Below are positions 28,680 through 37,325 of a stretch of DNA of 64,000 nt, in pieces. A program made the translations under genes and the position numbers. The stretch's first letter is position 1, and each line of letters opens with the position of its first letter. A model generated the notes under the pieces. It was not told where the DNA came from, did not search any database, and was given only the letters and a program-made list of their open reading frames with translations. Source of the DNA: an uncultured bacterium (GTDB lineage: Bacteria > Krumholzibacteriota > Krumholzibacteriia > LZORAL124-64-63); NCBI GenBank assembly GCA_963727525.1, contig CAVSGO010000006.1, positions 256,001 through 320,000 on the forward strand, written 5' to 3'.

Positions 28680-30190
28680 CGCCGGGCGAGCATCTCCCAG
28701 TCGATCATGCGCTCGATGGGGGCGCGGTCGTCGGTGAGAGGCCGCGTGGGGTCGCTGGCGACGTCGTCGCGGAAGGTGGCGGCGCTGAAGGCGGCGGCCG
28801 GGGCCAGCAGGGCGCTCGCCGTCTCGGGGTCGACGGCGAAGTCGACGACGCGGTTGCTCGCCACCACCACGTTGTCGAACGAGTTCGGCAGCTTCATCAG
28901 GTACACATGCCCGAACACCGTGCGCAGCGTGCCGCAGATCGCGCGCATGAGCGGTGAGTCGTCATGGGCCGACGACACGTTCATGGCCACCAGTCCGTCG
29001 GCGGCCAGGCGCGCCTTCACCTGCCGGAAGAACTCCTGCGTCGTCAGGTGGAACGGGATGTACACCTGCTGCGTGTAGGCGTCGATCACGATCACGTCGT
29101 AGGTGCCGCGGTCGCGGCTCACGAAGATGCGACCGTCCTGGTTCACCACCCGCGTGGTCGGGTTGAGCGCGAAGTAGCGCCGTGCGACGTCGATCACCTG
29201 GGGATCGATCTCCACGCCGGTGACGGCGAGGTCGGGATGGAAGAACCGGAGCTGGTTGGCGATGACGCCGCCGCCGAGGCCGATGATCAGGGCGCTGCGC
29301 GCGGGTCGTCCTAGGTACCACGGTAGCAGCGAGTAGTAGTCGTAGTACAGACCGGTGAGTGGGCCGGCCTTGTTCGCCACGGTCTGCGACCCCACCGCGT
29401 CGTTGTACGCGAGGAAGCGGAAGGTGCCGCGGTCGTAGACCTCGATGTACTCGTAGGCCGACTCGCCCGCCCACACCAGGCCCGGCGTGTGCCGCGGCGC
29501 GGGGACGGGTAGCAAGCAGGTCGCCAGCGCGAGCGCGCCGAGGCCCGCGTGGCGCCAGCGCCGGAATCCCAGGGCCACCACCGCCAGCAGCACGGCCGCG
29601 AAGACGACGATCGTCTTGCCTGTGCCCACGCGAGGGATGAAGATGAGCACGGGCAGGAACGTGCCGATCACGCTGCCGAGGGTGGACAGACCGAAGATGC
29701 GACCGGCGGCGTCGCCCACGTGGCGTTGCTGGGCGAGCACGCGGATGAGAAACGGACTCGTCATGCCGAGCACGAGGATCGGCGGCAGAAAGAGCAGGAG
29801 GATCGCCACGAGCGATCCCACGAAGATGAAGCTGAATGACGACTGCAGCGTCACCAGCGCGCCCGAGAGCGTGCGCAACACGGCGGGGGCCACGAACGGC
29901 AGCACGAGCAGGTACGCGCACGCGGCCAGGAGCAGGCGCAGCAGCACGGGGAGCTGGGGCCGGCGGTCGGCCAGCCGGCCGCCCACCACGTAACCCACCG
30001 CGAGCGCGATCATGATCACGCCGATGATGTTGGTCCACACGAACGTCGATGTGCCAAAGAACGGCGCCACGAGCCGCGACGCACACAGTTCGATCGCCAT
30101 GATCGCCATGCCGGTGCAGAAGGCGAGCACGTGCACGTAGCCGGATGGCGCCGAGGCGGTGGCGCGGGTTTGGTCCTGTCGCGTGGCCAA
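28676..30190 (-). CDS. Fused MFS-like membrane domain/spermidine synthase-like SAM-dependent transferase
   Basis: ELCASRLVAPFFGTS-x-x-VW, STLGSVIGTF, IIGLGGG, VEIDP, DGR-x-F, DAY...IPFHLTTQEF, LTDDRAP. Confidence 0.9.
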   Translation of the reverse strand: MATRQDQTRATASAPSGYVHVLAFCTGMAIMAIELCASRLVAPFFGTSTFVWTNIIGVIMIALAVGYVVGGRLADRRPQLPVLLRLLLAACAYLLVLPFVAPAVLRTLSGALVTLQSSFSFIFVGSLVAILLLFLPPILVLGMTSPFLIRVLAQQRHVGDAAGRIFGLSTLGSVIGTFLPVLIFIPRVGTGKTIVVFAAVLLAVVALGFRRWRHAGLGALALATCLLPVPAPRHTPGLVWAGESAYEYIEVYDRGTFRFLAYNDAVGSQTVANKAGPLTGLYYDYYSLLPWYLGRPARSALIIGLGGGVIANQLRFFHPDLAVTGVEIDPQVIDVARRYFALNPTTRVVNQDGRIFVSRDRGTYDVIVIDAYTQQVYIPFHLTTQEFFRQVKARLAADGLVAMNVSSAHDDSPLMRAICGTLRTVFGHVYLMKLPNSFDNVVVASNRVVDFAVDPETASALLAPAAAFSAATFRDDVASDPTRPLTDDRAPIERMIDWEMLARR

Positions 30191-30324
30191 GGTGGGCCTT
30201 TCCCTGGAGGTGAGGGGCGCCGGTCCGCGAAATATAACGGGCGCGGTCGCCTTCTCCTAGTCGCAGATCGGGGTGGCAATCTCGGCGCCGCCGAGCAATG
30301 CTAGATGAGCGAGGAGGTCTCACC

Positions 30325-31521
30325 ATGACAGTGGCAGCGCAGATCCGCGCACTGGCCGCGCAGTATCGCGCCGATACCGCTGCGGGCCTCGGCCGCCTGA
30401 TTCGCCACCGGTCGGTCAGCGGGCAAGAGCGGGACGTCATTCAGGAGCTGGCGCGCCAGATGGAGGCGGCCGGCTTCGACGAGGTGCGGATCGACGGACT
30501 GGGCAACGTGATCGGGCGTATCGGGTCGGGGCCGCGGGTGCTGGCCATCGACGCGCACATGGACACCGTCGACGTTGGCAACCCCGCCAACTGGCACTTC
30601 GACCCGTTCATCGGTGACGTTCACGAGGACCATGTCCGGGGCCGCGGCAGCGTGGACCAGGAGGGCGGGGCGGCGGCCATGGTCGCGGCCGGGCGCATTC
30701 TCCGCGACATCGGCGTGCCCGCGGACCTCACGCTCCTATGCACCGGCACCGTGATGGAGGAAGATTGCGACGGCCTCTGCTGGAAATACCTCATCGAGGA
30801 GGAGGGGCTGAAACCGGATGTCGTGATCAGCACCGAGCCTACCAACCTCGGCGTGTACCGCGGCCAGCGCGGTCGCATGGAGATCGAGGTGACGTTTCGT
30901 GGGCGCTCGGCGCACGGTTCCGCGCCGGAGCGCGGGATCAACGCGATCTACGCCGCGTCCCGGGCCTGCCTCGAGATCGAGAAGCTCGACGCGCGTCTCG
31001 CGCACGATCCGTTCCTGGGCAAGGGAACCTGCACCGTCACCCAGATGGTGACGGGATCGCCGTCGCTCTGCGCCGTGGCCGATATGGCCCGCATCCACGT
31101 GGATCGGCGTCTCACAGCGGGGGAGACGCGCGAGTCGGCGGTGGCCGAGATCGCGGCGCTGGTGGAGGGGCTCGAGGCCACGGTCGAGGTGCTGCACTAC
31201 GAGGGCCAGGCTTACACCGGCGCGCGCTACGGCATGGAGATGTACTTCCCCACCTGGGTGATGCCCGCCGATCATCCGGCGGTGATGACCGGAGTTGCCG
31301 TGGCCACCGAGCTTTTCGGCGCGCCGCCGGTGGTGGACAAATGGACCTTTTCCACCAACGGCGTCACCATCAACGGGATCCACGGCATCCCCGTGATCGG
31401 TTACGGCCCCGGCGACGAGCGCTTCGCCCATGCGCCCGACGAGCAGGTGCCGGTCGACGACCTCGTGAAGGCTTCGGCCTTCTATGCGCTCTACGCGCTG
31501 AGGCATGCGCAGCCGGCGTGA
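30325..31521 (+). CDS. ygeY: YgeY-family M20 hydrolase
   Basis: DAHMDTV, GRGSVDQEGG, MEEDCDGLCW, YRGQRGRME, DKWTFSTNG, AHAPDE. Confidence 0.93.
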   Translation: MTVAAQIRALAAQYRADTAAGLGRLIRHRSVSGQERDVIQELARQMEAAGFDEVRIDGLGNVIGRIGSGPRVLAIDAHMDTVDVGNPANWHFDPFIGDVHEDHVRGRGSVDQEGGAAAMVAAGRILRDIGVPADLTLLCTGTVMEEDCDGLCWKYLIEEEGLKPDVVISTEPTNLGVYRGQRGRMEIEVTFRGRSAHGSAPERGINAIYAASRACLEIEKLDARLAHDPFLGKGTCTVTQMVTGSPSLCAVADMARIHVDRRLTAGETRESAVAEIAALVEGLEATVEVLHYEGQAYTGARYGMEMYFPTWVMPADHPAVMTGVAVATELFGAPPVVDKWTFSTNGVTINGIHGIPVIGYGPGDERFAHAPDEQVPVDDLVKASAFYALYALRHAQPA

Positions 31522-31539
31522 GCGCTCGCGCCACGCCAA

Positions 31540-31587
31540 GAACCAGACGACACGAACCAGACGACACGAACCGACGACAAGAACCAG
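31540..31587 (+). repeat. Short tandem repeat, unit GAACCAGACGACAC (2 perfect + 1.5 degenerate copies)
   Basis: Read directly in the ygeY-ygeW spacer. Confidence 0.8.
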
Positions 31588-31602
31588 GGATCGTACCACA
31601 CC

Positions 31603-32796
31603 ATGGACACCGAGCTGACCCGCCTCGTCGATCGCATCGCCGCCCGCCCGGTCGAGCTGTACGGCCAGGATATGCTCCTGACCTGGGAGAAGAGCCTCGA
31701 CGCGCTGCGCACTCTGCTCGATGTGGCCGAGGCGCTGCGGCGCCTGCGCGCCGCCGGTGTGAGTCCACGCTGCTTCGACACGGGGCTGGCCGTATCGCAG
31801 TTCCGCGACAACTCCACGCGCACACGCTTCTCCTTCGCGTCGGCGGCCAACCTGCTCGGGCTGACGGTGCAGGACCTGGACGAGGGCAAGTCGCAGATCG
31901 CGCACGGGGAGACGGTGCGCGAAACGTCGGTCATGATCTCGTTCCTCAGCGACGTGATCGGTATCCGCGACGATATGTACCTGGGCGCGGGCCACGCGTA
32001 CATGCTCGAGGTGGCCGCCGCCCTCGACGCCGCCTGCCGAGATGGCGTGCTGCCGCAACGTCCCGCCGTGGTGAACCTGCAGTGCGACCTCGACCACCCC
32101 ACACAGACGCTGGCCGATCTCCTGCATCTGGTGCACGAGTTCGGATCGCTCGAAAACCTGCGGGGCAAGACGTTGGCCATGACCTGGGCCTACTCTGCGA
32201 GCTACGGCAAGCCGCTGTCCGTACCCCAGGGCATCCTGGGCCTTATGACGCGCCTGGGCATGGACGTGGTGCTGGCCGCCCCGCCCGGCTACGACCTGGT
32301 TCCCGACGTGGTGACGCAGGCGGCGCAGCAGGCGACAGAGAGCGGCGGCCGGTTGCGGCGGGCCGACAGCATGGCCGAGGCGTTCGCGGGCGCGGACATC
32401 GTCTACCCCAAGAGCTGGGCGCCCTATCGCGTGATGGAGCTGCGCACGGCGCTGCTGCGTGCGCGCGACCAGGCGGGCCTGGCCGAGCTGGAACGCGCCT
32501 GCCTCGCGCAGAACGCCGAGTACGCCGACTGGGAGTGCACCCGCGACCTCATGGATCGTACCCAGGGCGGCGCCGCGCTCTACCTGCACTGCCTGCCCGC
32601 CGACATCACGGAGGTGTCGTGCGCACGCGGCGAGGTGGCGGCCGACGTATTCGAGAAGTACCGCGATCCGCTCTACCGCCAGGCGAGTTTCAAGCCCTAC
32701 GTGATCGCCGCCATGATCCTCTGTAGCCGCTTCCGCGACCCGGCCGGCCTGCTGCGCGCGCTGGCCGGGCGTGCGGCGCCGCGTCTGATGGGATAG
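31603..32796 (+). CDS. ygeW: Knotted carbamoyltransferase YgeW
   Basis: FRDNSTRTRFS, KSQIAHGETVRET, NLQCDLDHPTQ, WAYSASYGKPLSVPQG, VYPKSWAP, HCLPADI. Confidence 0.95.
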   Translation: MDTELTRLVDRIAARPVELYGQDMLLTWEKSLDALRTLLDVAEALRRLRAAGVSPRCFDTGLAVSQFRDNSTRTRFSFASAANLLGLTVQDLDEGKSQIAHGETVRETSVMISFLSDVIGIRDDMYLGAGHAYMLEVAAALDAACRDGVLPQRPAVVNLQCDLDHPTQTLADLLHLVHEFGSLENLRGKTLAMTWAYSASYGKPLSVPQGILGLMTRLGMDVVLAAPPGYDLVPDVVTQAAQQATESGGRLRRADSMAEAFAGADIVYPKSWAPYRVMELRTALLRARDQAGLAELERACLAQNAEYADWECTRDLMDRTQGGAALYLHCLPADITEVSCARGEVAADVFEKYRDPLYRQASFKPYVIAAMILCSRFRDPAGLLRALAGRAAPRLMG

Positions 32797-32800
32797 GCCG

Positions 32801-35800
32801 ATGAACGCCGAGATACGCCCGCAAGAGTTCCGTCCTCTCGATTTCGATCGCCTGCTCGACTGGTGGCTGCGCGAGCGGAGGACGCGGGGGACGGTCTTTG
32901 GCCTGCACGAGGATCTCTTTCGCCTTCGCTTGCGCGGCCGAGGCTACGCACTGCGCCGACGCGGCTGTCTGTGCGAGACACCGGTGGGCGTGGCCGCGGG
33001 ACCTCATACCCAGCTTGCCCAGAATATCGTCGCCGCCTGGCTCTGCGGGGCACGCGTACTCGAGCTGAAGACGGTGCAGGCGAGCGACGCGTTGACGATC
33101 GCGCGGCCATGCATCGACATGACCGACGAGGGCTACAACTGCGAGTGGTCGCAGGAACTGCCTCTGGACACGAGCCTCGCCCAGTATGTCGACGCCTGGA
33201 CGCTCATCCGCCTACTCCAGCACGAGGCGGGCGGCTACGACGCTGCCGAGCCGGGCTTCCTCTTCGACCTCAGCGTGGGCTACGACCTGGCCGGCATCAC
33301 GAGCGCCCCCATGCAGCGTTTCCTCGACCGCCTGGACGACGTGCGCGGCGAGGTGGCCCACCGGCTGGCCCTGGCCCGGCCGCGATTGCCCTGGCGATTC
33401 GACATCGCGTTGCCCCGCGCACTGACGCCGAGCGTCACCCTGTCGACGATGCACGGCTGTCCGCCGGAAGAAATCGAGCGTATCGGTCGCCACCTCATCG
33501 AGGAACGCGGCCTGGCCACCACGATCAAGCTGAATCCCACGTTGCTCGGAGCCGAGGCCGTGCGCGAGCTGCTGGGCGCGCGCCTTGGCTACACGGTCGA
33601 CGTGCCCGACGACGTCTTCGCCAACGACCTCGACCTCACGGCCGCCGTGGCGGTGATCGACGCGCTCGCCGCCAGCGCGCGGCGGCGCGGCGTGGAGTTC
33701 GGCGTGAAGCTCACGAATACCCTGGCCTGCCGCAATCGGCGCGGCGTATTGCCGGCCTCGGAGTCCATGGTATATCTCAGCGGCCGCGCGTTGCACCCGG
33801 TGGCGGTGCACGCGGCCCTCGCGCTGCAGGAAGCGTGCGGCGGCGCGCTCGACGTGTCGTTCGCGGGTGGCGTGGACAGCCGCAACGTCGCCCGGGTCCT
33901 GGCCTGCGGCCTGCGGCCGGCCACCGCGTGCAGCGATCTGCTGCGCCCGGGCGGCTACCAGCGCCTCCACCAGTACCTGGACACGATCGAGGCGGCAATG
34001 ACGGCCGTCGGTGCGGGCGATCTCGACGCTCTCGTCAACGCCACGTCCGGCGAGCCCACGCGTCCGCTGCCCACGGCGATGCTGGCGAACCTGCGCGCCT
34101 ATGCTCGCGAGGTCGTCGAAGACCCCGCCTACCAGCGCGCCACCTATCCCGACCGCACGATCAAGACCGACCGCGCACTCACCGACTTCGACTGCATCGA
34201 GGCGCCGTGCCGGCACACGTGCCCGGCCCACCAGGATGCGCCCGAGTACCTGCACCACGTGGCGGCGGGCGACGACGACGCGGCGCTGGCCGTGGTGCTG
34301 CGCCACAACCCGCTGCCCACCGTCACGGGGATGGTCTGCGACCGGCCGTGCGAGCAACGGTGCACGCGCGTGCATTACGACGCGGTGGTGGGGATCCGCG
34401 ACGTGAAGCGCTACCTCGCCCACCGCGGGGCCGCCTTGCCGGACGCGCGCTGTGCGGCGCCGAACGGCCGGCGGGTGGCCGTGATCGGCGCCGGCCCGGC
34501 GGGGCTCGCCTGTGCCGACGCGCTCGTGGCCGCGGGTGTGTCCGTCACCGTCTTCGAAGCCCGGGCCGCGGCGGGCGGCATGGTGGCGGGCGCGATCCCG
34601 GCCTTCCGGTTGCGCGACAACGACCTGGCGCGCGATCTGCAGCGTCTCGTGGCCGCTGGGGTCGATCTGCGCTGCGGCGAATTCATCGCTGCCGCTCACC
34701 TGGACGAGTTGCGACGCACGTACGACGCGGTCTTCGTGGGCGTGGGCGCCCAGGGCGACCGGCCGCTCGGCGTTCCCGGCGAGGACCGACCGGGCGTGGT
34801 GCCGGCCCTGCACTTCCTGCGCGCCGCGCGGCGCGGCGAGACGCTGCCGACCGGCGAGAGCGTCGTGGTGATCGGCGGAGGCAACACGGCGATGGATGCC
34901 GCGCGCACCGCGGTGCGGTTGGTCGGCGGCGCCGGCGTGCGCCTTGTATATCGCCGGACACGCGCCGAGATGCCGGCCGCGCGCGAGGAATTGCAGGCCA
35001 TCGTCGACGAGGGCGTCACCATCCTCGCGTTGCTTGCGCCCATGGCCATTGCCGGCCGCGACGATGGTCGCCTCGACCTCACCTGCCGGCCGCAGCGCCT
35101 TGGCGCCCCCGACGCCTCGGGACGGCCGCGTCCGGAACCGACCGATGAACCACCCGTGACGCTGGTCTGCGACGTGGTCGTGCCCGCGGTGGGGCAGGTC
35201 GTGACGGGTGACCTGGTGCCGAATGATCGGCTCGGAGGCGGGGGCGAGGTCGCCGTCTACTGGGGTGGTGACGCGCGACGCGGCCCGGCCACCATCGTCG
35301 ATGCGATCGCCGACGGCCGCCTGGCCGCGGCCGCGATGCTGGACACGTTCCGTCAGGTGGCCATGCCACCGGCGGATCCGACACCACGGCACCTCTCGCT
35401 CGCGGCATGGCAGGACCGCGCCGCGCGCCTCGTGCCGCCGCAACGTGCCGCCGTGCGCATCGATGCCGGCCGGGGCGACTTCACGCTGGTCACGGGTGAA
35501 CTCACGACCGCGCAGGCGCGCGCGGAGGCTGCCCGCTGCCTCGACTGCGGCGAGCGCTGCGACGTGTGCGTGTCTGTATGTCCCAACCGCGCCAACCTCG
35601 GCTACGACGTGCGGCCCGTGCGCTGGCCGCTGCTGCGCATCGCGCGCCGCGGCGAAGGGTTCGACCTCGTGCCCGACGGCACGTTCGTGGTGACGCAGAC
35701 GCATCAGACGTACCACGTGGTCGACTTCTGCAATCTCTGCGGCAATTGCACCACGTTCTGCCCCACGGATGGCGCACCGTTTCGCGACAAGCCGCGCTTC

Positions 35801-36112
35801 GCGATGCACGCGGCCACATACCGCGAGGGCGACGACATCCACCTGCTCACGCGCCACGGGCAGGAGGGGCTACGGATCCGTCACCTCCGGGGTGACACGG
35901 AGACCACCCTGACGCAGCGCGGCGACACGCTCGTGTACGCCACCGCCGACGTGCGAGTGGAACTGAACGCCAGCACCTTCGCCGTACAGCGTACGATGTT
36001 ACTGGCCGGCGCGGGCGAGGACGTCGATCTGCGACCCGCCGCGCGCCTGGCGGTGCTGTTGCGGGCGCTCGCGGCATCGCCCGTGGCCGTGCCAACCGAT
36101 GAATCGTTGTAG
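32801..36112 (+). CDS. ygfK: YgfK-like Fe-S/flavin oxidoreductase (annotated as putative selenate reductase subunit)
   Basis: GVAAGPHTQLAQNI, STMHGCPPEEIE, KLNPTLLG, VKLTNTL; GltD-like CxxxCP, GAGPAG and GGGNTAMD; C-terminal ferredoxin motifs. Confidence 0.93.
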   Translation: MNAEIRPQEFRPLDFDRLLDWWLRERRTRGTVFGLHEDLFRLRLRGRGYALRRRGCLCETPVGVAAGPHTQLAQNIVAAWLCGARVLELKTVQASDALTIARPCIDMTDEGYNCEWSQELPLDTSLAQYVDAWTLIRLLQHEAGGYDAAEPGFLFDLSVGYDLAGITSAPMQRFLDRLDDVRGEVAHRLALARPRLPWRFDIALPRALTPSVTLSTMHGCPPEEIERIGRHLIEERGLATTIKLNPTLLGAEAVRELLGARLGYTVDVPDDVFANDLDLTAAVAVIDALAASARRRGVEFGVKLTNTLACRNRRGVLPASESMVYLSGRALHPVAVHAALALQEACGGALDVSFAGGVDSRNVARVLACGLRPATACSDLLRPGGYQRLHQYLDTIEAAMTAVGAGDLDALVNATSGEPTRPLPTAMLANLRAYAREVVEDPAYQRATYPDRTIKTDRALTDFDCIEAPCRHTCPAHQDAPEYLHHVAAGDDDAALAVVLRHNPLPTVTGMVCDRPCEQRCTRVHYDAVVGIRDVKRYLAHRGAALPDARCAAPNGRRVAVIGAGPAGLACADALVAAGVSVTVFEARAAAGGMVAGAIPAFRLRDNDLARDLQRLVAAGVDLRCGEFIAAAHLDELRRTYDAVFVGVGAQGDRPLGVPGEDRPGVVPALHFLRAARRGETLPTGESVVVIGGGNTAMDAARTAVRLVGGAGVRLVYRRTRAEMPAAREELQAIVDEGVTILALLAPMAIAGRDDGRLDLTCRPQRLGAPDASGRPRPEPTDEPPVTLVCDVVVPAVGQVVTGDLVPNDRLGGGGEVAVYWGGDARRGPATIVDAIADGRLAAAAMLDTFRQVAMPPADPTPRHLSLAAWQDRAARLVPPQRAAVRIDAGRGDFTLVTGELTTAQARAEAARCLDCGERCDVCVSVCPNRANLGYDVRPVRWPLLRIARRGEGFDLVPDGTFVVTQTHQTYHVVDFCNLCGNCTTFCPTDGAPFRDKPRFAMHAATYREGDDIHLLTRHGQEGLRIRHLRGDTETTLTQRGDTLVYATADVRVELNASTFAVQRTMLLAGAGEDVDLRPAARLAVLLRALAASPVAVPTDESL

Positions 36113-36146
36113 CGAAGAGACATTGTCGCGACGAGAGGCTGTGACC

Positions 36147-37325
36147 GTGGCGCGCTTCGCCTTCAATCCATACCGCCAGGATCTCCCGCGCTGGGAGGCG
36201 CCGGATCTGGGGTTCACCGCGCTCATCCGTGAGCGCGCAGCCCTCGCGCTGCACCGCGCGTTGCCGGGCTACGCGCCCACGCCGCTGGTCCGCGCGCCCG
36301 CCGCGGCGGCGGCGGCCGGCGTGGGCGAGGTGCTAGTGAAGGACGAGTCGGGGCGCTTCGGCATCGACGCCTTCAAGGGGCTGGGTGCGAGCTTCGCCAT
36401 GTACACGGTGCTGCGTCGGCGCTGGGCCGACCTCACCGGCGACGACCTGGAGCCCACGGCGTTCCGCGATCCCACCGTGCGCGCGCGGCTGGGCGCCGTC
36501 ACCTTCACCGCCGCCACCGACGGCAACCACGGTCGCGCCGTGGCCTGGACCGCACGCATGCTCGGCCAGCGCGCCGTCATCTTCATGCCCACGTGCACGG
36601 CGGCCGCGCGGATCGCCCATATCGAGCGCGAGGGCGCCACCGTGCATCTCCTGCCGGGCACCTTCGATGACTGTGTCACGACCTGCGCGCGCACCGCCGC
36701 GGCCGAGGGATGGCAGGTGATCGCCGACACCGCCTATCCCGGTAACATGGACCTTCCGGGCTTCATCATGGCCGGCTACGGCACCATCTTTGCCGAGATC
36801 GCCGATGCCGGCGGATTCGACGTGGACGCGATCTTCCTGCCCGCCGGAGTGGGCGGTCTGGCGGCGGCCGGCGCCGTCTCGTGCGTGCAGCAGCGCGGTG
36901 CCGCGCGTCCGCGGCTGGTATGTGTGGAACCGCTGTCGTCGGCCTGCTTCCTCGAGTCGATCGAGCGCGGCGGTGGCGCATCCGAAGCCGCCACGGGCGA
37001 TCAGCAGTCGATCATGGTGGGATTGTGCTGCGGTGTGCCCTCGCTCCTGGCCTGGCCCGTGGTGCGCGACACGATGGACCTTTTTCTCGCCATCGAAGAC
37101 GAACCTGCCCGCGACGCCATGCGGGTGTATCATCGCGACGGCATCATCTCTGGCGAGTCGGGGGCGGCGGCGCTGGCGGGTCTGCTCGCCCTGCAAGAGC
37201 GAGGCGACCTGGCGCCGGCGCGTGCGCGCCTCGGACTCGGCCCCGGCAGCCGCGTACTCGTGATCAACACCGAGGGTGCCACGGATCCGCAGTACCACCA
37301 GCGCGTGATCGCGGAGGCGATATGA
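36147..37325 (+). CDS. dpaL: Diaminopropionate ammonia-lyase (DpaL/YgeX)
   Basis: PGYAPTPL, VKDESGRFGIDAFKGLGAS, ATDGNHGRAVAW, IMAGY, GESGAA, NTEGATDP. Confidence 0.92.
   Translation: MARFAFNPYRQDLPRWEAPDLGFTALIRERAALALHRALPGYAPTPLVRAPAAAAAAGVGEVLVKDESGRFGIDAFKGLGASFAMYTVLRRRWADLTGDDLEPTAFRDPTVRARLGAVTFTAATDGNHGRAVAWTARMLGQRAVIFMPTCTAAARIAHIEREGATVHLLPGTFDDCVTTCARTAAAEGWQVIADTAYPGNMDLPGFIMAGYGTIFAEIADAGGFDVDAIFLPAGVGGLAAAGAVSCVQQRGAARPRLVCVEPLSSACFLESIERGGGASEAATGDQQSIMVGLCCGVPSLLAWPVVRDTMDLFLAIEDEPARDAMRVYHRDGIISGESGAAALAGLLALQERGDLAPARARLGLGPGSRVLVINTEGATDPQYHQRVIAEAI

Noticed and set aside
30274-30288. Sigma54-like GG-N10-GC upstream of ygeY
   Set aside because: Lacks the CACG and TTGC consensus bases; expected by chance at this GC content
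31540-31587. Possible CRISPR array
   Set aside because: Units are 14 bp, adjacent, have no spacers, and no cas genes are present
36881-37321. N-terminal extensions in the ORF track (also 39732-41174, 60086-61294, 2910-3374, 56256-56480)
   Set aside because: They overlap upstream real genes; downstream ATGs with RBS or stop/start overlaps fit the family N-termini, so these are not fusions
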